Source of the DNA: Candidatus Heimdallarchaeota archaeon
GTDB taxonomy: Archaea; Asgardarchaeota; Heimdallarchaeia; Heimdallarchaeales; Heimdallarchaeaceae
Direction: 5' to 3'
NCBI GenBank assembly: GCA_018238545.1
Contig: JABCTC010000008.1
Span: forward strand, 31,161-95,160
Length of the DNA stretch: 64,000 nucleotides
Under the pieces are notes generated by a model. That model ran no database searches. It saw only the letters and a program-made list of their open reading frames with translations, and was not told the origin of the DNA. Positions 20,263-30,549 of the stretch are shown one piece after another (within the stretch, counting starts at the first letter, position 1; every line of letters begins with the position of its first letter). A program made the position numbers and the translations under genes.

Positions 20263-20916
20263 TTATTGTTCCTTTTTTGTTTCCAAAATTGCTTTTACTC
20301 TCTTAAGTCTGGAAAATGTTTCTCTTTCTTGTTCCTCAAGTGTACTAGCAATAAAAGTAGCAATTGCCTTTAATTTTGGAATAAGTATATAATTTAATGC
20401 GTTAACTCTCCTCTTTGTTTTGTTGATTTCAGTTGCTAACTTTTCTAGTAATGTCATTTTTTCTGCAATAACCATCAATGTACGTAAGGATTTGCGAAAA
20501 TGAACAATCGCTCTATCGAGTTGAGCACTCGAACTAGCTAATCCGTAAAAGATGTCATTACTGTCTTTTTCTTCTTCTTCAACTATAAATCTGGGTGATT
20601 TTACTCCCATTATACTTACGGTTTGTGTTTTAATTTCTAAAACTGCTGGCGCATATTGTGCAAGATCCCGGATTTTATCTGGTCCTACAATCATTTCTGC
20701 TTTAGCTAACGATTGATATGCGATTAATAGTTCATCTTCAAATTTCTTTCTCGCAACACGTACTTCATCTTTGATGGCATATAATTCAATAACTAAAGCA
20801 TCCATTTTTTCTTTGAGGAGATCATGCCCTTTTTGAGCTAAACGGGTTCTGGATCTTGTATTCAGTAGCTCCATTCTAGTTGCGCTAATTGTACCAAATT
20901 CAGGAGTTGCCATCAA
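20263..20916 (-). CDS. atpD: A/V-type ATP synthase subunit D
   Basis: TRMELL, GHDLLKEK.DAL, EINKTKRRVNAL..ILIP, LEEQERE.F.RLK. Confidence 0.96.
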   Translation of the reverse strand: MMATPEFGTISATRMELLNTRSRTRLAQKGHDLLKEKMDALVIELYAIKDEVRVARKKFEDELLIAYQSLAKAEMIVGPDKIRDLAQYAPAVLEIKTQTVSIMGVKSPRFIVEEEEKDSNDIFYGLASSSAQLDRAIVHFRKSLRTLMVIAEKMTLLEKLATEINKTKRRVNALNYILIPKLKAIATFIASTLEEQERETFSRLKRVKAILETKKEQ

Positions 20917-21052
20917 AAAAAACAGAGTTAATTATATTATATAGTTTTTGATTAGTAGAAGACAGTTAACAATTGTCTTTCTTTGTGTTTAATGGAAAGA
21001 CATTTTATCTGATACAATTTCTTTTATTAAAGCAGACAAGTGTGAAAAAGAA

Positions 21053-21658
21053 ATGGCAAATAGTGAAATCTTTGATAGAACAAAAGATTCTAATGAGCTG
21101 GTTTTCCCAGGAACTCGTTTAGCAGTAACAGAAGAGTTTATTGCAGGACCTGGTACTTATTCAACAGAAGATTACATCTATTCTTCAGTTGCAGGGCTTG
21201 TTATAATAGATTTAGGAAAACATGAAATTACAGTTATGCCTAAAGCTAAAATGACCCCTGTTCCCAAAAACAATGCAATCGTTCTTGGCAAAGTGGTGAA
21301 TGTTTCGCGTCAAGTAGTTACTGTATCAGTATTTTCAATTGAAAATCAAGAAATCTATCCAACATATACCATGGTTATACATATTTCAAGTATCTCTCGC
21401 GAATATTTAGAAACAATTGATGAAGCAATCTGTTCAGGCGACATTGTACGTGCAAAAATTCTTGATTCAAAAACCATACCCCTTCAAGGATCCTTAATTA
21501 GTTCTCAACTTGGAGTCATACAATCTAATTGCTCAATATGCGGAGCAAAGTTAAATAAAATTGGAAGAAATAAGTTGAAATGTTCCAGATGTTCAAACAT
21601 TGAAGGTAGAAAAACTGCAATTGATTTTGGCAGTGGGCATTTGGGGTATAAACTCTAA
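21053..21658 (+). CDS. csl4: Exosome subunit Csl4
   Basis: VFPG..L...EEF..G.GTY, S1 domain GDIVRAK, zinc ribbon, E.RK.A. Confidence 0.92.
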   Translation: MANSEIFDRTKDSNELVFPGTRLAVTEEFIAGPGTYSTEDYIYSSVAGLVIIDLGKHEITVMPKAKMTPVPKNNAIVLGKVVNVSRQVVTVSVFSIENQEIYPTYTMVIHISSISREYLETIDEAICSGDIVRAKILDSKTIPLQGSLISSQLGVIQSNCSICGAKLNKIGRNKLKCSRCSNIEGRKTAIDFGSGHLGYKL

Positions 21659-21676
21659 ATATTATTAAACACTCTC

Positions 21677-22375
21677 TTGGTGATTATCTTGACTAAAGCA
21701 ACTACAAAAGATGTACACATAAGTCTTTCAAATAAAGATCATCTCCAGTTCTTTATTGAGGTTTTGTCCAAAGCACTAGAACATGTAGAGTTTATCCTAA
21801 ACTATAAACAAGGTGGAATAAAAGTTCGCCTTTTTGGAGAACGAGAAACTGTGTTACAATCTGTCGAAATCGTAAAAACATTTGGAAAGATGATATCAAA
21901 TTCTGTTACTCCAGATAATGATGGTTATTATGCTCATCATTTACGAATCATTCAACAAATAAGTACAAAAATCATTTCTTTGGATAGTTTAAGTTCAGTT
22001 CTACAGTATTCTGGTGTACCGTCCTATCAAGAAGATAAAGAATTAATCACAAAAGCAGATATGAACCTAGTTCAAAAGGTTCTCGAAGAATTGTTTGACA
22101 TTCTCCAAAACATACCTCTAGATGTTAGATCACAAACTATGAAGAAAGTAGTTCTAACAGTTTCGTATTGCACAAATTATGAACCTGCCTTCATTATAAA
22201 TCAAGGATTAGAATATGGTTTATTCAAGTATCAGAGAGAAACGTTAGCCATAGCAGAACCTCCAGAAAAATGCATTGAGGATTTAATTGAAAAATTATCT
22301 TCTGAAAATGTAAAAGCTAAATATGAAGTTTTTAGGAAAAGTAGAAAATCTACTGATTTTCATCTCATCAGGTAA
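21677..22375 (+). CDS. Conserved hypothetical protein (DUF2067-like by position)
   Basis: Lies between csl4 and rpoL; GIKVRLFGE motif. Confidence 0.5.
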   Translation: MVIILTKATTKDVHISLSNKDHLQFFIEVLSKALEHVEFILNYKQGGIKVRLFGERETVLQSVEIVKTFGKMISNSVTPDNDGYYAHHLRIIQQISTKIISLDSLSSVLQYSGVPSYQEDKELITKADMNLVQKVLEELFDILQNIPLDVRSQTMKKVVLTVSYCTNYEPAFIINQGLEYGLFKYQRETLAIAEPPEKCIEDLIEKLSSENVKAKYEVFRKSRKSTDFHLIR

Positions 22376-22447
22376 ATAATAGTTTAAAACACAAGACTGA
22401 TAAAATATATAAATTCGATAATAACAGAAACAGCTGAGGAAGAAAAA

Positions 22448-22732
22448 TTGCAAATCAAAATTATAAAAAATGAAGAAGGGTATCTTAAGCTTCAAATCAC
22501 AGATACTGATCCACATACTTTATTCAACTTATTACGTGAGGAACTCTTAAAAGATGATAAAGTAGATTTTGCAGGATATTGGAGAGACGAATCTTTTTAC
22601 GAATCACTCATATTCCAGCTCAGAATGAATAAGAAAACTTCTGATCCTATTCAAGCAATCAACGAAGCTCTCGAACGCATCGGTGTTCATACAAAGGAAT
22701 TCATTGATTTGTGCAAAGCTAAAATTGAGTAA
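22448..22732 (+). CDS. rpoL: RNA polymerase subunit Rpo11 (RpoL)
   Basis: HTLFNLLREELLKD.KVDFAGY. Confidence 0.9.
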   Translation: MQIKIIKNEEGYLKLQITDTDPHTLFNLLREELLKDDKVDFAGYWRDESFYESLIFQLRMNKKTSDPIQAINEALERIGVHTKEFIDLCKAKIE

Positions 22733-22734
22733 AT

Positions 22735-23178
22735 GTGGTGGTCTTTTTGGACTCACCTAATAACCTTCCCTTAAATTTAAAGAACATCCTTTCTAATAGC
22801 AATTTTGCTAAATTTGGTGATTCACTGGTTAACTTTCTTTATAATGTAGCTATATTTGAAGCAACCAAGAACCTTCAAGGTGTAAAAGTCTGGGATCAAA
22901 GCCTCGCAGAAGCATGTAGAAATTCTCCATTAAGAAGTTACCTGGGAGGAAGAAAAAATGCAGGGGAGCTAGGAGATGCCGTAGAAGCTTTTCTTGGTTT
23001 TTTGTATATTAAAAACCCACTTGTGCTTCCTGAGATGATAACAACACTTTCACGCTTTATTCGTAATAATAGTCATCTGTATCAGAAAAACGAAAAAAAA
23101 CTCTGTTCAGCAGCATTTTCACATTTGATAAATTATTATTGCAAGAAAAATGATATCTTAGTTAATAAAACAATTTAA
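22735..23178 (+). CDS. Archaeal ribonuclease III-like protein
   Basis: AKFGDSLVNFLY and LGDAVEAFLG signature. Confidence 0.85.
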   Translation: MVVFLDSPNNLPLNLKNILSNSNFAKFGDSLVNFLYNVAIFEATKNLQGVKVWDQSLAEACRNSPLRSYLGGRKNAGELGDAVEAFLGFLYIKNPLVLPEMITTLSRFIRNNSHLYQKNEKKLCSAAFSHLINYYCKKNDILVNKTI

Positions 23179-23180
23179 CA

Positions 23181-23786
23181 TCATATCTTATAATTTTTGA
23201 AACTTTGACCAATCATATCAGCTAACCTAAGACATTCAGGAACCGAACTTGAATAGGTCGAAATCTCAATAATCTCTCTTACTTGTTCCGTATTGGTAAA
23301 CCCTACCTGCTGGAAGAATTTTTTGTATTGTTTTCCAATCTGGTTCTTGAACAATATTTCTTCGATCGGTGGATTAGAGCTAAGAACATTGTATCTCTCA
23401 TTCCAATTCTCTAAATTCGAAAGAGCAGTTTTTACGTCTTCTTCATTAGGAAGTGTAGATAAAATTGTAATAACAGGTATTTTTGTAATGTCAAACAACT
23501 TCCTCAAATCGATAATGTTAAACGCCGCTATAGTGGAACTACCCAATATAATTGCTCTCAATTGTGTAACATATTTACTGGATGCAATCATCTCACTGAT
23601 TTTTTCTGTAGCATCCCAACCATCAACCTCGACCATTGTCCTTAATATCCCTTCAACAAGATTATACCCTCTGACAATCACACCAAAAACAAATGCATTC
23701 TTTGATGTTTTTCTTTGAAAAGCTGCATCATCAACCCCAATTGTTCTAATACAATCTTTCATTATTTTGTGATTGTTTCTATTCAT
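23181..23786 (-). CDS. DUF99/UPF0215 endonuclease V-like protein
   Basis: IGVDDAAF, VDG.DATEKI, AFNIID, PECLRLAD. Confidence 0.88.
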   Translation of the reverse strand: MNRNNHKIMKDCIRTIGVDDAAFQRKTSKNAFVFGVIVRGYNLVEGILRTMVEVDGWDATEKISEMIASSKYVTQLRAIILGSSTIAAFNIIDLRKLFDITKIPVITILSTLPNEEDVKTALSNLENWNERYNVLSSNPPIEEILFKNQIGKQYKKFFQQVGFTNTEQVREIIEISTYSSSVPECLRLADMIGQSFKNYKI

Positions 23787-23831
23787 TAAGTAACTTTTTA
23801 AATATAAACTATAGAAAGATTACTGATTCTA

Positions 23832-24620
23832 ATGAGTAGACGAAACCTTCCTGAACACGGCGCCTTAGTAATAGGTACTGTAAAACAGATCTTTGGTCAT
23901 GGTGTATATGTTAACTTAGATGAGTATGAGGATTTACAAGCCTATTGTCATGTATCTGAAGTTAGTTCTACATGGGTTAGGAATATCAGAAACGTAATGC
24001 GAATTGGTAAAAAGGTTGTCGGGCGTGTTATGCGTGTTAAAGAGAATCAAATTGATATAAGCATCAAAAGGGTTTCTGATGGTTTGAAAAGAAAGAAAGT
24101 GGAAGAATGGAAGCACTATAAAACCGCTATCACACTTCTAGAAATGGGTGCAAAGCAAAGAAAAATAGATTTTGAAGTAGCTAGAAGTGAAGTTGAAGAT
24201 GTTGCTTCAGAATATTATGGTAGCCTATATCAAGCATTGGAGGAATCTTTATTCAAAGGAGAAGTTGCTTTTACTGAAGCTGATATCTCTGAAGAATGGG
24301 CTTCTGTTCTAACTCAAATAGCAAAAAAGAATCTCACAATCCCAAAAGTGAATATTACAAGAGACATTGAGATTATTTGCTGGGAAAGCAATGGCATTGT
24401 GTTAATCCGCGAAGCGTTGCAAAAAGCAAAAGATGCTAGAAAAGATGTTGAAGCTGAAGATGAAGAGTTAGATATGGGAGTTTATGTCAGAGGAGCACCC
24501 ATCTACAGATTCGTGATTTCTGCCCGTGATTATGGATTAGCTGAAGCATTAGTATCTAAAGCAATTGAGACAGTTGAGCAAACCTTAGAAGGATACAAGG
24601 CCACAGTAAAGGTTCTTTAA
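23832..24620 (+). CDS. eif2a: Translation initiation factor aIF-2 alpha
   Basis: S1 domain with LDEY...HVSEVSSTWVRNI, IDISIKRV, GAP.YR. Confidence 0.95.
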   Translation: MSRRNLPEHGALVIGTVKQIFGHGVYVNLDEYEDLQAYCHVSEVSSTWVRNIRNVMRIGKKVVGRVMRVKENQIDISIKRVSDGLKRKKVEEWKHYKTAITLLEMGAKQRKIDFEVARSEVEDVASEYYGSLYQALEESLFKGEVAFTEADISEEWASVLTQIAKKNLTIPKVNITRDIEIICWESNGIVLIREALQKAKDARKDVEAEDEELDMGVYVRGAPIYRFVISARDYGLAEALVSKAIETVEQTLEGYKATVKVL

Positions 24621-24639
24621 CCAAATGTGTTGAGATAGA

Positions 24640-24819
24640 ATGACTAAATCAATCTTCAAATGCATAGAATGTAGCAAATATACTTTACATACAGAAAAAT
24701 GTCATTCTTGTGGAGGACGTGTTGTTTCACCTCGTCCCGCTAAATTTTCTATTGAAAAGGAAAAAAAATATTCTTCCTATAGAAGACAGTTGTTAAAAAA
24801 CAATTTAAACACATCTTAA
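24640..24819 (+). CDS. nop10: H/ACA RNP protein Nop10 (59 aa, absent from ORF track)
   Basis: Translates to MTKSIFKCIECSKYTLHTEKCHSCGGRVVSPRPAKFS...YSSYRR; conserved position after aIF2-alpha. Confidence 0.93.
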   Translation: MTKSIFKCIECSKYTLHTEKCHSCGGRVVSPRPAKFSIEKEKKYSSYRRQLLKNNLNTS

Positions 24820-25416
24820 TATTGCTACTTCAATTACATGATATCGTTTCTTGTGAAAATGATAGATTTTTGGTATTTCAAATTCTGCCTTTATCGTTTC
24901 ATCTATGCTTTTATTATTTTTCAAGACAAATTTTCGCAAAAATTCAACGTTTTTTTCTTGAAATAAATGCAATGAATAACTGACTTTTGAGCTACATAAA
25001 GCTGCGTGCAAGAATTCTTGATCCTTTATAGTACCTTTTACACCAAAGGGACTGTTCATTAAAACAGTATCAAAATTCATATTTATTTCTCTAACATCTT
25101 TTTCGATGAACTCAATTTCAAGCCCAATATTTTCAACATTTTCTTTTGCAATCTTTAGAGCAGCTGGATCAACCTCAATTGCATAAACTTTCTTAGCACC
25201 TAAGATTTTTGCTGCTATTGCGAACAATCCGGTTCCGCTACAAAAATCCGCTACAATTTTATTTTTTATATCTCCCAGATGTAAAGCTCTCCACGTTATC
25301 ATTGCAACCAATCTTGGAGGAGTTTGATATTGTTCTAGATGAATTTTAGGTTCTTTGAAATTCACAAACTGTGTTAATTGAATTTCGAGATCTTTTTGTT
25401 TCATGTTGAGTTTCAC
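24805..25416 (-). CDS. METTL5-family methyltransferase
   Basis: PKIHLEQYQTP, DFCSGTG, MNSPFG, YHFHKK. Confidence 0.9.
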   Translation of the reverse strand: MKLNMKQKDLEIQLTQFVNFKEPKIHLEQYQTPPRLVAMITWRALHLGDIKNKIVADFCSGTGLFAIAAKILGAKKVYAIEVDPAALKIAKENVENIGLEIEFIEKDVREINMNFDTVLMNSPFGVKGTIKDQEFLHAALCSSKVSYSLHLFQEKNVEFLRKFVLKNNKSIDETIKAEFEIPKIYHFHKKRYHVIEVAILRCV

Positions 25417-26171
25417 TTTTTGCTTTGTTGGTTTTGTTCTAAAATTGTTTTAAACATCCCAATTAGTGTATGTATTTCTTCTTTCGATGCGAAGCTTCTA
25501 TTTACTATACTGCGAAATGCATGAATGATATTTGGTTTACGATATTCTTCATAATCAATGTTATTTACCAATGATTCAAATAGTGTAAAAAGCATCTCTC
25601 TCTCTTTTGACACAGAAACAATAGCTAATTCTGAAGTGTCTACAACTTCATAGGTTCTTTTCCACACTTCATAAAGTATTATTGCTACAGCATGAGAAAT
25701 GTTCAGAACCCTTTGTTCTCCTGGGACTGGAATGCTTACAAGATAATCACACAAACGCAATTCTTCATTAGATAGTCCTCGATCTTCTCTTCCAAAGACG
25801 ATACCAATCTTACTGCTTAACAAAAACTTTTCATCTGTCCATTCCCATGAAAAAGCAGGTTGGCGATAAACATTATATGTTTTACCTGCTTTTGCTGATG
25901 TTCCAATCAAAAACGAAAAACGATCTCTTACATCTTGAAATTCAGAAAATACTTTTGCATTTTCCAAATAATGCTTAGAATGTCTTGCTCTGTTTCTGGC
26001 TTCCTCTGACAAATGATCTACTTGTGGGGAAATAAGGACCAGTTCAGTTGCATTGAAGTTGTTACAAACTCTTGCAATTGCCCCGATATTGCCTTCGACT
26101 TTTGGCTCAATTAAAATGATGCTGCAATTTACTCCTTTGATTTCCTTATCCATCATATTCACCAAAATCAA
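25413..26171 (-). CDS. trmJ: tRNA 2'-O-methyltransferase TrmJ (SPOUT)
   Basis: GNIGAIAR, VFGRED.GLSNEEL, LNISHAVAIILYE. Confidence 0.9.
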   Translation of the reverse strand: MILVNMMDKEIKGVNCSIILIEPKVEGNIGAIARVCNNFNATELVLISPQVDHLSEEARNRARHSKHYLENAKVFSEFQDVRDRFSFLIGTSAKAGKTYNVYRQPAFSWEWTDEKFLLSSKIGIVFGREDRGLSNEELRLCDYLVSIPVPGEQRVLNISHAVAIILYEVWKRTYEVVDTSELAIVSVSKEREMLFTLFESLVNNIDYEEYRKPNIIHAFRSIVNRSFASKEEIHTLIGMFKTILEQNQQSKK

Positions 26172-26775
26172 ATCTAACTAAATATAGTTTTTCAAAAAAC
26201 AGTTTCAATTCCTTAATTATTTCAAGATGAACTCCCTTCTCAGAGATCTCTTCAAAATTGTCTTCATCCCAAGCAATTGAGGAGAAAATGGTATAGAGTG
26301 ACGTATTTACTTTAGAACTTTGAAGGTAAATAATCAAATCATATATCTCTTCATAGCCTCTTTTTCCCCCGGTAAGCATTAATTTGTCAGCAATTGGGAG
26401 TTTTTTGGTTTCCGTATCTTCTGGAAGATATGGTGGATTCCAAATAATTACGTCTGGTGAGAGATACCGTATAGCATTCAGTTTATCCATACATATTACA
26501 TCTATTTGGCTATCAACTTCATTTAACTTGCAATTTGACTGAATCATCTTAGTTGCAGTTAATGATATGTCTGATACGAGAAAACTAGCTTTTTCAAAAT
26601 TTTTAGCAAGAAAAATCGAGATGATTCCAGAACCTCCTCCAATCTCATAAACTGATTTAATATTCTCGTTTAGATGCAAATTTCTAATAAGAAAAAATGT
26701 GTCCTCTGCGGGAAAGTATACTTCTTCTGGTATATCTAACTCTAATTTGTATTCTGGGAAATTATATCTGACCAC
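26146..26775 (-). CDS. HemK2/Mtq2-like methyltransferase
   Basis: VYFPAEDTFFL, EIGGGSG, WNPPYLP. Confidence 0.88.
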   Translation of the reverse strand: MVRYNFPEYKLELDIPEEVYFPAEDTFFLIRNLHLNENIKSVYEIGGGSGIISIFLAKNFEKASFLVSDISLTATKMIQSNCKLNEVDSQIDVICMDKLNAIRYLSPDVIIWNPPYLPEDTETKKLPIADKLMLTGGKRGYEEIYDLIIYLQSSKVNTSLYTIFSSIAWDEDNFEEISEKGVHLEIIKELKLFFEKLYLVRFDFGEYDG

Positions 26776-27626
26776 AGATCTTCGCCTATCTTCATTTTTA
26801 AATTATTATAGAGATAAATTAACTCTTCTAAGGAGAGAGTGAATATCCTTCGTTCATTATACTTATCGGGTTCTAAAGCAATTTTTATTTTTATATTTGA
26901 TTGTTTCGCTTTTCTCTTTAATGTATTAGATAAAACGCTCCTAACAATTTTTTTCTTGTGAGAGAAGAGAAGCGTAACAAATTGACTGAAACCCGTTTCA
27001 TCTTCAACTAGCTTTTCATTCTTCCTCTGGATGGTCACTAGTGAAGATTGGATTTTTGGTGCTGGTAAAAATGATGATGGTTTAATGGTCTTGAGGTATT
27101 TACACTTAGCTTTCAGATTTATCATGACAGATAGACGAGAGTAATCTCTAGATCCTGGCTTAGCAAAAAACCTTTGAGCAAACTCTTTTTGATACATGAG
27201 AATTGCTAAATCAAATTTGTGTCTTAGAAGCTTAAAAGTGATTGGAGAGGATATTTGATAAGGTAAGTTTGAAATACATTTGGTGAATGTTGGAAAATCT
27301 ATTTTTACGGCATCACCAGTAATAACCTCGAAATTCGATACAGAATTATAAGTGTCCTCTAGAAATTTTGCTAATATTCGATCTGCTTCAATTACATACA
27401 TTTTCTTAACTTTGTTAACTATGCAATGAGTTAAGCTACCCAATCCCCCCCCTATCTCCAAAATTGTGTCTTTAGAAGAAATATTGGATTGAGCCACTTG
27501 AAAATTAATAATATTGGAATTAACTAGAAAATTTTGACCTTTTTGTTGAGATGGTTTGATATTTAGATGGTTAAGACTATTGATAACGTACGATTTCAAT
27601 TCGGATGAAGATTTCCAGCAATCCAT
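26742..27626 (-). CDS. rsmA: 16S rRNA adenine dimethyltransferase KsgA/Dim1
   Basis: GQNFL, LEIGGGLG.LT, SNLPYQISSP, YSRLSV, F.P.PK. Confidence 0.95.
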   Translation of the reverse strand: MDCWKSSSELKSYVINSLNHLNIKPSQQKGQNFLVNSNIINFQVAQSNISSKDTILEIGGGLGSLTHCIVNKVKKMYVIEADRILAKFLEDTYNSVSNFEVITGDAVKIDFPTFTKCISNLPYQISSPITFKLLRHKFDLAILMYQKEFAQRFFAKPGSRDYSRLSVMINLKAKCKYLKTIKPSSFLPAPKIQSSLVTIQRKNEKLVEDETGFSQFVTLLFSHKKKIVRSVLSNTLKRKAKQSNIKIKIALEPDKYNERRIFTLSLEELIYLYNNLKMKIGEDLWSDIISQNTN

Positions 27627-27645
27627 AGCTCAAACCATATAGAGT

Positions 27646-28341
27646 CTATCTTCTTGGATTAGGTTCGGAACTAGCAGTAAACAATCGATGTTTCTGTTCT
27701 TCTTCTAATTCTTGCATGATCCTATTCGTTATCATCTTGCGAATATCGGATATTTTAACACGTTCTTCAATATCACTAAAAGAAAGATAAGGCAATCTTT
27801 TACGATCATCAATGATTTCCCACATTAGTTTCTTGCCAATACCTGGAATAAGTTGTAGAGAATGAATACGGTTAGTGATTGGTTGAGCTTTGTTAAAGAA
27901 TGAGACAAAACGTTTTTCGTTCTTATTAATGATATTGAAAACAGCTTCATCTAAAATTTGATGCCCAGTGTTTGTTAATTCATTTATAGAAATCCGTCGT
28001 CTAACCTTCTTTAAAGGACCACTCTCAACTCCTTTAGGAACGCTGTATTCATCTAGTTGTTTGAAACCTCCTCGTCTTTCTGCTGTTATTTCAAGGATGC
28101 TAAACCAAGTTGTTCCAATGCCTTGTATTATCGGTTCTCTTTGTTTTGTTTGTCCAAAACCCTTGCCTTCTGGTAGATAATCTAAAACTATAATTTTGTT
28201 TTCAAGCTTTTTTGATTGTCTTACGTGAATTACAGGACCAATAATGAATTCATCACTACTTCCAGCCTTATCTGGTCGCCTGTTTTTCTCAGGATTTCTT
28301 TCAGTTACCATAATACTCTCACCATAAATAAGTACAAACAC
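27646..28341 (-). CDS. DUF655 family HhH RNA-binding protein
   Basis: VLDYLP.G, FFNKAQPIT.R.HSLQLIPGIGKK; conserved position next to rpoF. Confidence 0.92.
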   Translation of the reverse strand: MFVLIYGESIMVTERNPEKNRRPDKAGSSDEFIIGPVIHVRQSKKLENKIIVLDYLPEGKGFGQTKQREPIIQGIGTTWFSILEITAERRGGFKQLDEYSVPKGVESGPLKKVRRRISINELTNTGHQILDEAVFNIINKNEKRFVSFFNKAQPITNRIHSLQLIPGIGKKLMWEIIDDRKRLPYLSFSDIEERVKISDIRKMITNRIMQELEEEQKHRLFTASSEPNPRR

Positions 28342-28386
28342 AAAAAAGGTTTTCCTATATATATTTAAAACAAAAAACCTGGCGTT

Positions 28387-28749
28387 CTACTTTTCCTTAT
28401 TAAATTTAACAATATAGGGTCTTATCACTTCAAACATTTTACTTATTTCTGAGTCTGTTAGCATTTTTGGCTCTTTCTGAAGAATATCTTTTAATTCTTC
28501 AGGGGATGGGGGTAGAATGTTTGCAATTGTAAATGCTGAAAGCTCAGATAAATCAAATTCCTTTAGAAGTTTTTCAAGAATTTCCCTAGATTCTTCTGGC
28601 TCTATCCGTGCATTTTGCATTGCGTGCTCATAAGCAACTCGTTGCCAATATGAGAGCTCAGATTCTTCACTCCTCTGTTGTAGAATTCTCATTGCTTCAG
28701 AAATGGTTAATGGTTTTTTATCTAGAACGTCTCTTGGCATGAATATCAC
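28387..28749 (-). CDS. rpoF: RNA polymerase subunit Rpo4 (RpoF)
   Basis: ELSY.Q...YEHA, IANILP...EELK. Confidence 0.9.
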   Translation of the reverse strand: MIFMPRDVLDKKPLTISEAMRILQQRSEESELSYWQRVAYEHAMQNARIEPEESREILEKLLKEFDLSELSAFTIANILPPSPEELKDILQKEPKMLTDSEISKMFEVIRPYIVKFNKEK

Positions 28750-28753
28750 TCTT

Positions 28754-29065
28754 TTATTCTGTTGTCTGGATAACAGAACGACTTAACCTTAAATGTTCTT
28801 TTCTTGCAGTGATTTGTTTAATTGCATGACCTTGTTTAATGGCTACAACATAACCTTTACCTTGTTTTCTTAGAACTTTACCTGTTTTTCCATGAAATCG
28901 TCTATGTGGCATTCCTTTATGTTCTGCAGAATCTAATATTATATCAACAACATCACCTTCGCTGAAATCATGTAATATATAATCTAATGAACGCATACCG
29001 CGTTCTCTTACTTTCTTTCGAAGAAGATGTCGAGTTCCATGTCGGTAACCTCTGGATTTTCGCAT
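28754..29065 (-). CDS. rpl21e: 50S ribosomal protein L21e
   Basis: HKGMPHRRFHGKTG. Confidence 0.97.
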   Translation of the reverse strand: MRKSRGYRHGTRHLLRKKVRERGMRSLDYILHDFSEGDVVDIILDSAEHKGMPHRRFHGKTGKVLRKQGKGYVVAIKQGHAIKQITARKEHLRLSRSVIQTTE

Positions 29066-29217
29066 AATCAGACACCAATTATTCTATTATCTTATAAGTG
29101 AGCAAAATCCCTCTATACAACTTTTAATCTTTTCGTTATCCGTTTTAGTTCTATTCTATAGAAAATTAAGTGGTTCCTATTTTATTCTCTGTATTTGTAA
29201 TAAGAGTTGATTAGGTT

Positions 29218-30549
29218 TTAATCTTCTTGAATGTAAGGAATTTCATCGATTTCTATTACATCAAGTTCAGTACAAATGGCATCATTCATCACAATTTCTG
29301 AAATACTAGGCTTAGTTCTTCCTTTGTCTCCTGAAATTAATTCTTTGACGTAACACCCTCCATCACATTTGACTACCATTTCTATTTCTGTTTCACCTTT
29401 TTTTATACACTTTACGGTATAAACTTTCTTTTTCCGTATTTTATCTGCACGTCTATGTGATACACGATTTGGTGTTCTTTGTTGTAGTACTTTGTTTTGA
29501 AGCTCTTTTTCTATCTTTTTCATATCTTCGCCAGTAATGGGATTAGAAAATTCCACAAGGGCTCTATACTTTTTAATAGCTTTTTCTGCACTACTCTTCA
29601 CATGAACAACCTCTTTTCTTGATGACCATCGCAGATTTTGCACTTCAATCTTGTTTTTTGTATGGACATTTATTTTTTCTTCTAAATCTTTGAGATCCAA
29701 AGAGCGAATGTGAGGGTTTACAATTTCAAAAACGAAAGGTCTTCCTGTGCCAAGCATAAGCGCATCTATGTCCTCTCTACCACCGCCATGTAAAGTACCC
29801 TTGTCTGCTTTTGCTAATTGTATCGCTTCAACTTCTATTAATTCTTCTACAGATTCTGGATATTTTTTTCCAGTGTTGTTACATTCTTTACAGCCTTTCC
29901 CCCTGCATTTTCTACAAGGCCATTTTGTCTGTGGTAGAATTCTAAGAAATTTTTTGTATTTACCATAAATATACAAAGACGTAATTCTCATACTAATATC
30001 TTGAGTAAAAGGATTAACTTCAAAAACAATATTTGGTGACTTAAAATCTGTTGTAACAGGAATTCTTCCTGAGATTTTTTTCCCAATATTCCTGTTAAAC
30101 TCCTGTTTTAATAATTCTGTTTGTTTAACATCTACTTGAGCCTTTAATTCAACCTCTCTTTCTTGAATTGCTTTTGGGATAAAGGTTCCCATCAAAAATG
30201 TGTGAAACTCACACCCTTCAGATTGTAATATTACTAATTCAGCGAGGGCATCAATTGTTTCTAAAGAATCTTCACAAATATAACATCTCATTGTTTCTTC
30301 TGATTGTATCTCGTTTTTTAAGAGGAGTTTCTTGGCTAAAACTGAACCTGAACGAGATAGACATTGCAAAATTGACAAATTTTCTTCTGAAAGGTCTGTA
30401 GAAAATTCCAATACAAGAAAATCTTTTATTGTCATTCCTCTGTTTAAATTAGTGGTTCCTGTTGCCAAATTAGAAAACTGTCTCCCCAAGCAATAATCAC
30501 ATAGAGGGTTATCCTTCAATAGTTTTAGCGCCTTTTCTTGTAATGTCAT
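29218..30549 (-). CDS. pus10: tRNA pseudouridine(54/55) synthase Pus10
   Basis: LCDYCLGRQF, HGGGREDIDALMLGTGRPF, QRTPNRV.HRRAD, YVKELISGD.GRT. Confidence 0.96.
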   Translation of the reverse strand: MTLQEKALKLLKDNPLCDYCLGRQFSNLATGTTNLNRGMTIKDFLVLEFSTDLSEENLSILQCLSRSGSVLAKKLLLKNEIQSEETMRCYICEDSLETIDALAELVILQSEGCEFHTFLMGTFIPKAIQEREVELKAQVDVKQTELLKQEFNRNIGKKISGRIPVTTDFKSPNIVFEVNPFTQDISMRITSLYIYGKYKKFLRILPQTKWPCRKCRGKGCKECNNTGKKYPESVEELIEVEAIQLAKADKGTLHGGGREDIDALMLGTGRPFVFEIVNPHIRSLDLKDLEEKINVHTKNKIEVQNLRWSSRKEVVHVKSSAEKAIKKYRALVEFSNPITGEDMKKIEKELQNKVLQQRTPNRVSHRRADKIRKKKVYTVKCIKKGETEIEMVVKCDGGCYVKELISGDKGRTKPSISEIVMNDAICTELDVIEIDEIPYIQED